This document shows positions 1 through 12,352 of a stretch of DNA of 64,000 nucleotides, in pieces. The DNA is from Octopus vulgaris (taxonomy: Eukaryota). The notes beneath the pieces are model-generated. The model did not search any database and was not told where the DNA came from. It saw nothing but the letters and a program-made list of their open reading frames with translations. Both the position numbers and the translations under genes were made by a program. How positions within the stretch are numbered: position 1 is the stretch's first letter; every line of letters begins with the position of its first letter. The stretch is taken from the NCBI GenBank assembly GCA_951406725.2, contig OX597818.1:124372001-124436000 (forward strand). Reading direction: 5' to 3'.

Positions 1-204
1 TTGCAAAGAGATTAAGAAATGAAAACGTTAACACTTGTTAAGACTAATTTTAACCTTTCCAAATGTAATTTGCTTACTAACACCTACAGCCAGAAACCAA
101 TCAAAACATTGATTGATTGAACATTATGATGAGAGCCTAATGGTTCCTTCCTTCCTTCCTTCCTCCTTTTTCCAATTATGTATTCAATTTCATGCAATTG
201 AAAG

Positions 205-1155
205 ATTATTGCTGCTCTGCTATGTTCTGAGGCCAAATTCTGCTGGAGTCAACTTCAGTAGAATTTGTCCTTTTAGGGTCAGTAAAATAAGTACCAGCCA
301 TGTACTGAGGTTCATAAGACTGATTTACCCCATCCTCTAAAATTGCTGGCCTTCTGCCAAAATTTGAAATCATCATTATTGTTGTTGTTGTCATCATCAC
401 TGTCGCTGCCATCACTGTCAAAGCAGGAAGCTGGCAGAAGCCTTTGCACATCAGACACAAAATGCTTAGCAACATTTCTTCCATCTCTTTACGTTCTGGT
501 TTTGAATTCTGATAAGGTCAACTTCGCCTTCGATACTTTCAGGGCTGATAAAATAAAGTACCAGTAAAGGACTCCTCCTCCTTAAATTATTGGCTTAATG
601 CCAAAACATGAAACAATTATCATTATTGTTGTTGTTCTTGTTGTTATTAAGGCAGTGAGCTGGCAGAATTGTTAGAGTGCCAGAAAAATGCTCTTTACAT
701 TCTAAGTTCAAATCCCACTGAGGTCAACTTCGCTTTTCATCCTTTTGGGGTTCATAAAATAAAGTTCCAGTTAATTGCTTGGATTAAGGGTATCAGCTAA
801 CCCCATCACCTCCAATTTCTGGCCTTGAGCTGGCAGAATCATTAGCATACTGGCCAAAATGCTTAGCAGCATTTTAATGGTTTCTACATTCTGAGTTCAA
901 ATTCTGCCAAGAACAACTTTGCCTCTTGTCCTTTCAGGGTCAATAAAATAAGTACCAGCTGAGGCAAAATGCTTAGCGACATTTCATCCATCCTTACATT
1001 CTGAGTTTAAATTCCACTGAGGTTAACTTTGCCTTTCATCCTTTCAGGGTCAACAAATTAAACACCAGTCAAGTATTGGGGTCGATGCAATCAATTGCCC
1101 CTGCCTCACAAAAATTCAGGCCTTGTGCCTAAGCACAAAGGATTATTATTATTAT
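205..1155 (+). mobile_element. Cluster of about 5 old, partly truncated SINE-B copies in tandem
   Basis: Repeated gagctggcagaa...ttctgagttcaaatt...ggtcaactttgcctttcatcctttc...aaaataagtaccag motif; the last copy ends ggccttgtgcc...gattattatt. Confidence 0.8.
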
Positions 1156-1645
1156 GTGAGAGAGCTGCGCATGCCGTCAAACTGACACTGGGGTACAAAT
1201 ATACAAAGTACAATATACCCATCATGACTACCCGTCTGATAAGGGTACATTAGGCACATGAATCACAACCATGTGTGCGCAACATGGTGATCTCATGTCA
1301 AGATAAACAGCAGTGGGGCTCAGTTAGAATTTTCTTCAGGTTGAGTAGCCCATCCTGCTCAAAAGGTCCCTGAATAAGTTTTGCTTAAGGATGATGAACA
1401 AAACACCCATGTTTCCAGAGGTGAATTATTCAAACACCAAAGAATTCCTCTCAATACATAGCTATGATGCTCCCCCACTACTTCTGCTCATGATCAGAGA
1501 TGCACATATTGTCAGCCACTAAGGGACATTAGGAGAATATTGGTGGTATTGAGGAGAATATTTGCTGTAGCCCATCTTTTATACCAAGACAAAACAATGT
1601 ACATGATAACACTTCCAATCATTTAAGATCAAAAGCCATGAGAGC
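1156..1645 (-). mobile_element. Unclassified interspersed repeat (family E) between (TTA)n tracts
   Basis: Internal segment ~1425-1570 matches ~2384-2550; bounded by (TTA)n on both sides. Confidence 0.55.
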
Positions 1646-1695
1646 TTATTATTATTATTATTATTATTATTGTTATTATTATTATTATTATTATA

Positions 1696-1740
<45 letters not shown>

Positions 1741-1748
1741 AATTATTA
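1646..1748. repeat. (TTA)n microsatellite
   Basis: Seen directly. Confidence 0.95.
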
Positions 1749-1785
1749 CCTACAATTAGAATAGTTACATATGTAGTTACATACG

Positions 1786-2190
1786 AAGCCATGTGCGGTT
1801 AAATGTTTTCTTAGCAACCACATGGTTTTAAGTTTTGTCCCATTGGATGGCACCTAGAATTAGTATCTTCTACAACAGCACTGGATTCACTAATCCAATA
1901 TGAAAGATGGAAACTGCAAGAGGCCCATTGTGTGTGTGTACTAGTATGTATAAATGTACATGAATATTGATATCCCATGTTTGTCACTGCTTGAGTGAAA
2001 TGGTAATGCTGACATTCTTTTACGCTTTCAAAGACTTGAAATAAAAAAAAAAGAAAACAAACCTTTATTTGAAAAACATGTAAGCGTTGGTGACAGGAAG
2101 AGTATCCAGCTATAAAATCCTTCCTTGAATAAGTTCCTGCCTAACACAAGCTTGCATGGAAAAAATGGATGTTGAACAAACATATGAAGA
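1786..2190 (+). mobile_element. Degenerate SINE with A-type head and D/RTE-like tail
   Basis: caaccacatggtt head, then ttggtgacaggaagagtatccagct...gcatggaaaaatggatgtt tail. Confidence 0.6.
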
Positions 2191-2268
2191 ATAAAACCCC
2201 ATACATGCATCTATTAATTAACAAGTATATATATATTTATTTCTCTCTAATATCTAATAGATATATAT

Positions 2269-2760
2269 TACACTGTATAACATGATTTTTGTCCTTGGAT
2301 AGAAGCTGTCATTTCCTGTTTGTTTATCCACAGAAAGTATGGAAAATGGCTAATATTCCCTTCAAACGTTGTTTTTTGTTACATTTATTCAAACCCCAAA
2401 GAATCCCTCTCAACACATGGTTCTGATGCTCCTCCACTACTCCTGCTCATGATCAGAGATACGCATATTGTCAGCTACTAAGGGATATGCTCAAGTGGTT
2501 AAAATCAAGCAACTGGCAAGCAAATATGTGGTATTGAGCAGAATATTTGCTTTCATGATATTTCTGCTTCAGCAACGCAGAGCTGAATCTGTCTGAAATT
2601 TAATGGAAAATAGATCAGTTACAAAACATTGATGTCCAGGTTACAAAAGCAAAGTTTGAAGGGAATAGCAGTGATTTCCTTTGAATTCAAGATAGAAGTA
2701 AATAAGAAATAACTCTTACTGACCAAAGACAAATACAAATAAAAATTTTGTTACACAGTA
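2269..2760. mobile_element. MITE with long imperfect TIRs, TA-flanked (Tc1/mariner-like)
   Basis: tacactgtataacatgattttt ... aaaaattttgttacacagta; inner inverted pair ttcccttcaaac / gtttgaagggaa. Confidence 0.6.
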
Positions 2761-2784
2761 CGACAGAGTGTAAATGATTTAAGA

Positions 2785-3333
2785 AAGAAATTTGGTATAA
2801 GAAGCATCAGATTTTGTGTGCAAGAGAGAAGACTGTGCTAGTTTGGTTGTGTGATGTGTATGGATGAGGGCAGCAGCATAAAAAAGTGTCGAGCTCTAAT
2901 TGTGGAGGGTACTTGTGGAATGGGTAGATCCTGGAAGATGTGGGACAAAGTGGTGAAAAAAAATCTTCGGACACTGGGCCTCACTGACAAAATGACAAGG
3001 AACCAGGAGATGTGGCAATTTACCATACTTGATGTGTTAAGCTAAGTAAAATTGCTGTCTTCCACACATACAGGCTTGTCCATTCAGGTGCCAGTGCCAC
3101 TTAAAAAACACCTGAGTCAGTGGTGCACTAATGCATCCATGTTGGTGCTGTGTAAACAAACCTATGCCGGTGGTATGTAAAAAACACCTAGTACACTCTG
3201 TTCAGTGGTTGGCATTAGGAAGGGCATCCAGCTGTAGAAACCATGCCACAACAGACAATCGGAGTCTGGACAGGTTTGCTAACCAGGTCCATTCAAACCG
3301 TTCAACCCATGCCAACATGGAAAGCAGAATTAA

Positions 3334-3377
<44 letters not shown>
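2785..3377 (+). mobile_element. RTE-clade LINE 3' end: decayed ORF C-terminus, 3'UTR (family D) and (GAT)n tail
   Basis: MDEGSSIKKCRALIVEGTCGMGRSWKMWDKVVKKNLRTLGLTDKMTRNQEMW resembles the RTE C-terminal G.RGRP.KTW...DR..W pattern; continues into ttaggaagggcatccagctgtagaaa...(gat)n. Confidence 0.8.
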
Positions 3378-3379
<2 letters not shown>

Positions 3380-3488
3380 CTGGTTGTTTGGACCTCTGCA
3401 TTGGTTGAACCAAGTGCAATTGGCTGCCTAACCACTCATTGGAGGAGACACATTATTGCATTATGATACAGAGAACTAATGTCTAGAC

Positions 3489-3707
3489 CAGTGGCTTTCA
3501 ACCAGGGTTCCGCGGAACCTTAGGGTTCCGCCAGTAGAGTCCGGGGGTTCCGCAAGAAGTTACAAAACTGCTAAAATCGGCAGTAATTTTTAATTCTCCT
3601 GTGCAGATATGTGTGCATAAGACTATTAAATTATTGCACAGGGGTTCCTCGAGCCAGTGGAATGTTTCCTTGGGGTTCCGCTCAAGCAAAAAGTTTGAAA
3701 AGCACTG
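3489..3707. mobile_element. hAT (Charlie/Buster-type) MITE
   Basis: TIRs cagtggctttcaa / tttgaaaagcactg; perfect 8-bp TSD gtctagac (3481-3488 and 3708-3715). Confidence 0.92.
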
Positions 3708-3962
3708 GTCTAGACATTGGTACTTGAGACATCCAATGCAGAGTTTCAAATAACCGCAATGTTGAAACGTACATAGGAAAAAATTATATAAACTTGTGTT
3801 TATCATAATATCTCTTATATTTGTTGTATGTTGTTCTATTATCTAATGTCTTGTATAATAATGATTTATGTATGTTCACACATTTTACTTTATAAATAGA
3901 TAGCAATACATTACCCTATATCTTTGTATCAAGTACCACACACTTTTATTGTTTTTTTATGC

Positions 3963-4172
<210 letters not shown>

Positions 4173-5202
4173 ACATACTTATATGCATATACTTACACAT
4201 ATACATGTACAAATATATTCACATCAAGATAGGCAACAAATTTTTATCTTTCATATGTTTTAATTGGTTTTTAACTAAAATAGATCATAAACTAATTCCT
4301 ATATATTGTTTTTTTTCTTTTTCATTCCCCAACTTCTAATAATCTTTGATTTCATAATTAGTTTTTATTCATGATATTCCAATATCTTGCATAATGGATT
4401 CTCCTTGCCTTTTGATTTTTAACTGACGTAAGCAGATAAAAAAAAAAAATGTAAACTATCACATTATCTTTTTTTCCCTGTCTATGCCCTTTTAAGCTGG
4501 TGATGAGCTGTATATGCATTGTGTAAATTAAGTACCTAAAACTGGCAAGTCTGTTTTAGACAAAATGCGATTAGTTTTATGATAAAAATAGGTTTTGTGC
4601 ATTTAATAATATCCAACTGCGAATATGAATAAAGATAGTTTTTAAAAATGCATTAGGTTTTCTGTGGAGTACCAAATATATGCTGAGACTTGCCAGTTGC
4701 TATTTGAATGTAAATATGATTTTTATAAATATATTTATTATTATTATTATTTGATGAGAGGATGCAGAGGTGTTTCATCTTGGCAAGTTGGCTTTTATTC
4801 AACATTCAGGACTATTTGGAAATAAATTTGGTCTAAACAGCAAGACTTAATCAGTTGTTCGATTCAAGACAACCACCTGCCTTGCTGATAGATAGCTTTA
4901 GCAGAATCAACTACTGTTGAAAGGATTCAGACCAAGTCTCCTGTCAGAAGATAACTTCTTCTTTTCCACCCCCACCAGTCTCAGAGACCCTGAGAGGGGT
5001 CATAGATCTGCCATTATATTTGAAGGGCACGAAAATAATTTTTTAAAAAAAGAAAGAAAACAAGCACATTACATCTGATTCCCCATTTATCCTGTTCTTC
5101 TCTCAGATTACTTGTACTCAGCATTTTATATTTATCAACATTATAAATCCATCAGAGTACACTTGCTTTGTTTCTTTTCAACTATACCCATCCTCTTCAT
5201 TC

Positions 5203-5592
5203 GGAGGCACAATGGCCCAGTGGTTAGGGCAGTGGACTCGCGGTCGTAGGATCGCGGTTTTGATTCCCAGACCAGGCGTTGTGAGTGTTTATTGAGTGAA
5301 AACACCTAAAAGCTCCACGAGACTCTGGCAGGGGATGGTGGTGATCCCTGCTGTACTCTTTCACCACAACTTTCTCTCACTCTTACTTCCTGTTTCTGTT
5401 GTACCTTGTATTTCAAAGGGCCGGCCTTGTCACTCTCTGTGTCATGGTGAATATCCCCGAGAACTACGTTAAGGGTACACGTGTCTGTGGAGTGCTCAGC
5501 CACTTACACATTAATTTCACGAGCAGGCTGTTCCGTTGATTTGGATCAACCGGAACCCTTGTCGTCGTAACCGACGGAGTGCTTCCATCCAT
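5203..5592 (+). mobile_element. Full-length tRNA-derived SINE-C
   Basis: A box tggcccagtggtt, B-box-like ggttttgattccc; 14-bp TSD catcctcttcattc (5189-5202 and 5593-5606); near-identical copy at 28200-28585. Confidence 0.92.
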
Positions 5593-7042
5593 CATCCTCT
5601 TCATTCAGTCCCCACATTTCTCTACTATGCTTCATTACACTTCATACACATTTATCATACAATCAACTCCTCAGAGAGAGAATACTTTTGTTGCTAGTCG
5701 TAACAATAGCTCTGAGCTTTTCCCACCTCTTTCTTACTCTAGTTAACATGCTTTCAGGACACATTTATTCACTTCTAACTCAGTCACATGGCTCATTATT
5801 CCATAAGGTGGATTTAGTGAAAAACTCCTGAGGTTCTTCACAGTAAAGTGTCTCTCAAAATTTAATATTAGTAACTCACTTTTATAAAAAACGAATAATG
5901 TACTCACCTCACTGTGCGACACCATGGCCTAACAGCTTCCATTATAACCTGAGGTTGCTATATATACATCCTCCTCCTCCTCCTCATCATCATCATCATC
6001 ATCATTTAATGTCTGCTTTCCATGCTGGCATGATGTATATATTTGTGTTTGTGTGTGTGTGTGTGTGAGTCTTTTTTGTCTTGATATTGTGCACTAATTG
6101 TAAACAAACTTACTGAAATTTGAGTAGCAGGGGTTGCCCATAAAAGGGGAAGTATTATCTAACTTGGAAACAAGGGATGCATCTGGTTACACAAAATCTT
6201 TGCTGTTTCCTGGGACTAAACAACAGTAACACTCGTCCCAACAAGGACTGCCACATTATGTTTGCAAATAATCTTTACACACACACACACACACATATAT
6301 ATATAAGTAAATTCTCTGTCTAAAACAGCTTTTGTTTCTTTAATGTCTTTCTGAAATTAGAGTTGCAGCAGTTGTCCATAAAATATTGACCCTGCTTCCA
6401 TAATATTTGAAACGCCACACAAAGGTTCTATGACAAAATGAATGAGGGAGCCACTTGCCTAGGTAATGGAAATTAATCAACATCTTGAAGGGAGACTTTG
6501 AGTATTTAAAATACAGCCAAATTGTCCTCATACAACACCTTGCAATCCTCAAAAAATGAGAATGTTAGGTAATGTAGTCTGAGGTACATATGTCCAAGAA
6601 AAATAAATAGGATGGTCATAGTTGTAATGCCTTCAATGATAAGCTTCTCAATCAAGCTCGATTTGGGGATCTGTCATATCTACAAGATTCTAATTTATAA
6701 CACCTTTTATCTCTTATATCATTGTCATCGACACCAGCTTTACATCAAGTTCTTGTTGTTGTATCATCTTATTCTTGAAACCTGACATCCAATTATCTAA
6801 TGTAATTATTTTTCCATGATGTAATTTTTCTTTTGATTAGTCATGTACCTGCTTTAATAACGTTTGATTTTTTTTTTCTCTTCCAACATACATCATTCAT
6901 TGACTATCCTCTAGAAAATGTCTATCATATATATATATATATGTATATATGTGTCTGTGTGTATGTCTGAATATATATATATGGGCACACACACACACAC
7001 ACATATATATGGACATATATATTTATATATATATATATATAT

Positions 7043-7449
7043 ATCATCATCATCATCATCATCATTGTTTAATGACCGTTTTCTGCGCTAGCATGGGTTG
7101 GACGGTTCGACCGGGGTCTGGGAAGCCAGGAGGCTGCACCAGGCTCCAGTCTGATCTGGTAGTGTTTCTACAGCTGGATGCCCTTCCTAACACCAACCAC
7201 TACGCGAGTGTAGTGGGTGCTTTTTACGTGCCACCAGCACAGGTGCCAGGGGAGTCTGGCAGCGGCCACGATCGGTTGGTGCTTTTAACGTGCCACCGGC
7301 ACGGAAGCCAGTCAACGCGGCGCTGGCATCGGCCACGTTCGGATGGTGCTTTTTACATGCCACCGGCACAGAAGCCAGTCGAGGTGGCGCTGGCATTGGC
7401 CACGTTCAGACGGTGCTTTTTATGTGCCACCGGCACAGGTATCACAACT

Positions 7450-7450
<1 letters not shown>
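7043..7450 (-). mobile_element. Family D (RTE 3'UTR-derived) with about 4 units of ~60-bp minisatellite
   Basis: (cat)n tail, ctggatgcccttcctaa motif, repeated gtgcttttacgtgccaccggcac. Confidence 0.85.
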
Positions 7451-7492
<42 letters not shown>

Positions 7493-7524
7493 GGACATAT
7501 ACATATGTGCATAAATGTGAGCAT

Positions 7525-8030
7525 GTTTGTGTCTCGTTTGTCATATGATTGCATGATAGTCGTAAATAAATGACACTGTCATACAAACAGTGTCATTCAC
7601 TTTTAGTCTTCTGCAGAAAACATGACTGGCCATGAAGAAATATTACCTTAATATTTCTTTACTTAGAAAGGCAGTGAGGTGGCAAGAATTGTTAGGACAC
7701 CAGGCAAATTACTTAGATGTGTTTTGTCCTTTTTTAATGTTTTGAGTTCAAATTCCACCAAGGTCGACTTTACTTTTTGTCCTTTCTGGACCAATAAAAT
7801 AGATACCAGTTGATTACTGGGGGGAAGGGGAGTGTCGGCGATGTAATCAACTTATATCATTCACTGAAATTGCTGGCCTTGTGCCAAAAATAGAAACCAA
7901 TATTACCTTGCTTAGAAACAGGTTAGAGTTGGCAACAGAAAGGACATCAAGCTGTAGAATTTCTGCCCCGAGTAAACACTGTCCAAGCCATGCTAGCATG
8001 AAAAAGTGGACATTAAATGATGATGATGCG
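7525..8030 (+). mobile_element. RTE-tailed SINE 3' half interrupted by an old SINE-B (~7669-7900)
   Basis: aatattacctt occurs on both sides of the B copy; ends ggacattaaatgatgatgatg. Confidence 0.65.
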
Positions 8031-8536
8031 GGTTGGGGGTGATGGTGAGGATGATGAATATCTCTAGAACAGCAGTACCAAACAAATGATTAAGCCTACA
8101 AGTGCCTCAAGGACTCCAACATTGAAATGAATTTCTTTTAAAATAGTTCTCAAGAACCATATACCACATCTTTTTTCAGTTTGTTCACCAGACTGTTAAA
8201 AATAGAGAAGGATGTATTGAAATCATTTCGTACATTCAAAATATGCAGTGTTTTTCCCTGGAGGCAATAAACTAGAAGAAATATTGTAAGACAAGAGCTA
8301 AATAAATACCTTATGATAGAGTGTAAATCATATAGTATAAACTTTGATTTTCATTGCTTTGAAGTCAGTCAAGTTAAAACCAGTAATTTGTTGTAGTTAA
8401 TTAGGTAATATTTCCCCTTAACTAGACACAGAAGGTTGGAAACACCACTTGTGTGAGGGTAGCACTTGTTTACATCAATCACACGATGTCGAGGCAAGGA
8501 AATAGTAATACACACACACACATACACACTCATACA

Positions 8537-8590
<54 letters not shown>

Positions 8591-8596
8591 ATATAT

Positions 8597-8992
8597 TCTT
8601 TTACTCTTTTACTTGTTTCAGTCATTTGACTGTGGCCATGCTGGAGCACCGCCTTCTAGTCGAGTAAATCAACCCCAGGACTTATTCTTTGTAAGCTTAG
8701 TACTTATTCTATCAGTCTCTTTTGCTGAACCGCTAAGTTACGGGATGTAAACACACCACCATCGGTTGTCAAGCAATGGTGGGGGGACAAACACAGACAC
8801 ACGAACATATACATACATATATATATATATATATACGACGGGCTTCTTCCAGTTTCCGTCTACCAAATCCACTCACAAGGTTTTGGTCGGCCCAAGGCTA
8901 TAGTAGAAGACACCTGCCCAAGGTGCCACGCAGTGGGAATGAACCCGGAACCATGTAGTTGGTAAGCAAGCTACTTACCACACAGCCACTCC
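8597..8992 (-). mobile_element. SINE-A (tRNA head, CORE-like cttgggcaagtg box, internal microsatellite, aaaagagt tail)
   Basis: Matches the A copies at 31249, 55847 and 58014. Confidence 0.9.
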
Positions 8993-9029
8993 TATATATT
9001 CTTTAATTCTTTTTTTATTCACACAAGCA

Positions 9030-9323
9030 AGAGAACCAAGTCGTAGCTGTCAGACAATTTCTGCGACCACATCACCCCTAGCATCTGACCACCTAACTCC
9101 CCAGACTGCAACCCCCTTGATTATTATGTGTGGGGTGCAGGAGATTCCGAAGTTGTCAGGAAGCCATGGTTGAAGCAAATGGTGATTTTATTGAATGAAT
9201 TTACGTTTTAGTATTTCAAGATATTTTCATGTAATTTTGGTAAATATATCTGTTAAAATGAGATGTCAGTGTTATTTTAATTTCTGTGTAATTTAGATGG
9301 CTATTCCTTCACTGCACCCTGTA
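9030..9323 (+). mobile_element. Tc1/mariner-superfamily (maT-like) transposase 3' remnant with terminus
   Basis: Reads LSDNFCDHITPSI*PPNSPDCNPLDYYVWGA (WPPNSPDLNP motif); ends gcaccctg-ta. Confidence 0.8.
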
Positions 9324-9554
9324 TGTGTGTGTGTGTGTGTTTGTGTGTATCATTCAATTTGGTGTGGATGTGTAATATCAAATAATTCAATCGCAACATA
9401 TATTTAAATTAAGCATGAAAAAATTGAAATATTATCATCACTTACATAGAAAAATTGAAATATTATCCTTCAGTATTCTGTAAGTTAAAATCTTAAATTA
9501 TTAATTGACACATTATTAATTATCTTATAATAGCAATGCCTGGAAAAATCACGA

Positions 9555-10130
9555 ATTGCATAGAAAAATGCGAGCATGGAAAGTAATATTATGAAGATTA
9601 TAAATCTGGAAAAGTACAGGGCAAGTTATTACACCTGGAAAAGTATAGGACAAGTTATTCTCTCTATCCACTCAGTTGAAGTCGACTCTCGGTCACTCGG
9701 ATCAGTGTCCTCCAGTCAGTTCTATCCTGGGCCGCTTCTTTAAGATTGGTCATGTCCATTCCGGTATCACTCTAGTAAAGTAAAGAATAAGAAACTTTTT
9801 ACTTAAAATATTGCAGCTAAAATTAAAATTTGAATATTAAAACTTATTTTATTATAGTTTACAAATAACACTATCTTATTTAAGTAGAATTTAGCTAATT
9901 TACTACAGAAAAAAGTGACTAATTAGACAAACTTATAAGTTACCTGAACTGTTTTAAAAGATGAGAACTGTAAGGAGGGATAAATTAGAAGAACTGGCAT
10001 TCTTTGCTGGAATATTTTAAGTAAAAAGTTTTGTATTCTTTACTTTACTAGAAGTAATAGCTTGTCCTTTACTTTTCCAAGTTTATAATCTTAAGAATAT
10101 TACTTTTCATGCTCGCATTTTTCCATGTAA
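9555..10130. mobile_element. Fold-back element or MITE with ~125-bp TIRs, left TIR interrupted by an RTE fragment
   Basis: 9555-9632 is inverted to 10054-10130; 9772-9817 is inverted to 10006-10050. Confidence 0.8.
9660..9771 (-). mobile_element. BovB-like RTE LINE extreme 3' end
   Basis: Reads DTGMDMTNLKEAAQDRTDWRTLIRVTESRLQLSG*, the typical BovB-type terminus (DR..WR...VT.SR..L). Confidence 0.8.
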
Positions 10131-10165
10131 TATGTATATATATATATATATATGTATATATATGT

Positions 10166-10798
10166 CTGGCCCCGTGCCGGTGACACGTAAAAGCACCATC
10201 CGCTCATGTTCGTTGCCAGCCTCGGCTGGCCCCCGTGCCGGTGACACGTAAAAGCACCGTCCGTTCATGGCCGTTTGCCAGCTCTGTCTGGCCCCGTGTC
10301 AGTGGCACGTAAAAGCACCATCCGTTCGTGTTCATTGCCAGCCTCGGCTGGCCCCCGTGCCGGTGACACGTAAAAGCACCGTCCGTTCGTGGCCGTTTGC
10401 CAGCTCTGTCTGGCCCCATGTCGGTGGCACGTAAAAGCACCATCCGCTCGTGTTCGTTGCCAGCCTCGGCTGGCCCCCGTGCCGGTGACACATAAAAGCA
10501 CCGTCCGTTCGTGGCCGTTTGCCAGCACTGTCTGGCCCCGTGTCGGTGACACGTAAAAGCACCATCCGTTCGTGGCCGTTGTGCCAGCTCTGTCTGGCAC
10601 CTGTGCAGGTGGCACGTAAAAAACACCCACTACACTCGTGGAGTGGTTGGCGTTAGGAAGGGCATCCAGCCGTAGAAACACTGCCAAATCTGACTGGGCC
10701 TGATGAAGCCTTCCAGCTTCACAGACCCCAGTTAAACCGTCCAACCCATGCTAGCATGGAAAACGGACGCTAAATGATGATGATGATGATGATGATGA
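10166..10798 (+). mobile_element. Family D with about 7.5 units of ~60-bp minisatellite and (GAT)n tail
   Basis: Tandem ggccccgtgccggtgacacgtaaaagcacc units, then ggcgttaggaagggcatcc and the tail. Confidence 0.9.
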
Positions 10799-10918
10799 TA
10801 TATATATATAATCATGTATATATCATGTATGTATGTATGTATATATATATATATCGTGTGTGTGTAACAACTACTTTTGCAAACATGCTATATTGAAAAT
10901 TCATCTACGTTCAATTGG

Positions 10919-10975
<57 letters not shown>

Positions 10976-11289
10976 ATCTCTCTCTTCCAAGAGTAGCTCT
11001 GGTATCTCCTCTATAGCATAACACCTGTTCCTGTCTCTTTATTGTACTTTAACCGCTCATCACCTGGTATAAAGCCCCCTCCCTCAGTACCAGTCCCTGT
11101 CTTAGTTGAGAGGTCTTAGCCCTTGGTAGGTTGTCATGCTAGCCATAGGACATGTTGATCTAGCTGTGTTGCTAAAGAGATGGTTGATAGCTGCCTAGTG
11201 GTCTACAAGGTTGTTGTACTCACAATTGTACTCACAATTTTGCTCCAGAAAGCAAAGGTCCCAGGTACCATCCAAAAGACAAATAAATG

Positions 11290-11462
11290 TCTTTGATAGC
11301 TTTCATTTGCAATGACAGTGTCCTAACTGTAGCCTTTCCTGGTATGACAAAGTTAGAAACAACAGTGCTGTGCAAACTAGGTGGAATCAAAATTCTTTTA
11401 CTCAAAGCATAGACCAGTTGATTTAGTCATATTGGTGATGGAGTTGAAAATGTCCAAACATG
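11290..11462 (+). mobile_element. Old RTE LINE ORF remnant
   Basis: SFHLQ...SWYDKVRN...ILLLKA*...FSHI resembles the RTE FH.RCLR...WQDKV.N...QLRW.GH region; stops and frameshifts present. Confidence 0.5.
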
Positions 11463-12139
11463 ATCTGTAATACTGTGTGTCCTGCACTTAGAGGACAAGC
11501 CTTTGTTTCACTTAAGGGACTGACTGAAAATTTGCTTTGCCACTGTGTATTTTTGGATTCAAACCAGCTGCATGTGCATTAGACATGTACCTTTTTATCT
11601 TAGCCTCAGGCTGACTTTGGCCATCTAAGTGAAATTTGGTAGATGGAAAGTAGAAATCTGTTGGAAGGATCATTCTTGATCTTAGTTGATAGGTGTAATC
11701 CATAACCCAGTTTAACATCATTACCTAGCTCTTAAGTGTCTTTTGAAGAGTCCACTTTTTTTCAAATACAGTCAAGCTAGGCCTCCAGTCTGAAGGTAAC
11801 CTCTGCCTTGGAAATCCTGAAAAGAATCATGGGTGTTATTGTTTTACCTGTAAGTGATTAAAATATTTCAAACAGATCTATGGTGTCAATATTGCATGTT
11901 GTTTATACATCATTTTATCAAAATCCAGGTCTGACCTAGAACTATATATGTCACTGTGGTTGTAGCCATTGTAGACTATAGTTCTGACAAGACTAGTTCA
12001 CACTTAACAACAAACTACTTTAAAATCATGGACTACATACACTGATACAGACCCAAAGGACAAATTCAGCAATGAGATATCACATATGAAGAGTTCATAT
12101 CTTCTTAAGTTTTTCTTGGTCCATATTTTGTAAATAATT

Positions 12140-12352
12140 CTTTGTAATTTTGATACAAGGCCAGCAATTTCATGAGAAGGGGCCAAGTTGATCACTGTGA
12201 CCAGTATTTTTCTGGTAATTTATTTTATCAACTCCAAAAGTGTGGAAGGCAAAGTCGACCTTGGCAGCATTTACTGAATGTAAGAACAGATGAAATGTCA
12301 CTAAGCATTTATCCCAGTGTGCTAACAACTCTCCCAGCTAAGCTCACTGCCT
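12140..12352 (-). mobile_element. Old SINE-B
   Basis: ggcaaagtcgaccttggcagcattt...ctcactgcc. Confidence 0.7.

Noticed and set aside
4540-4698. 13-bp inverted repeat aactggcaagtct / agacttgccagtt
   Set aside because: No TSD or second copy seen; possible MITE remnant but unsupported
5203-5275. tRNA gene (also the heads of families A, B and F)
   Set aside because: A/B boxes continue into SINE bodies with TSDs; no complete cloverleaf or terminator
6949-7586. 199-aa ORF and overlapping ORFs (also 10204-10744 and 58776-59483)
   Set aside because: Read-through of family D repeats and microsatellites; several frames are open on both strands
10166-10610. CRISPR-like repeat-spacer appearance (also 16189-16295 and 21230-23200)
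   Set aside because: The spacers are themselves repeated, there are no cas genes, and the context is a eukaryotic retroelement
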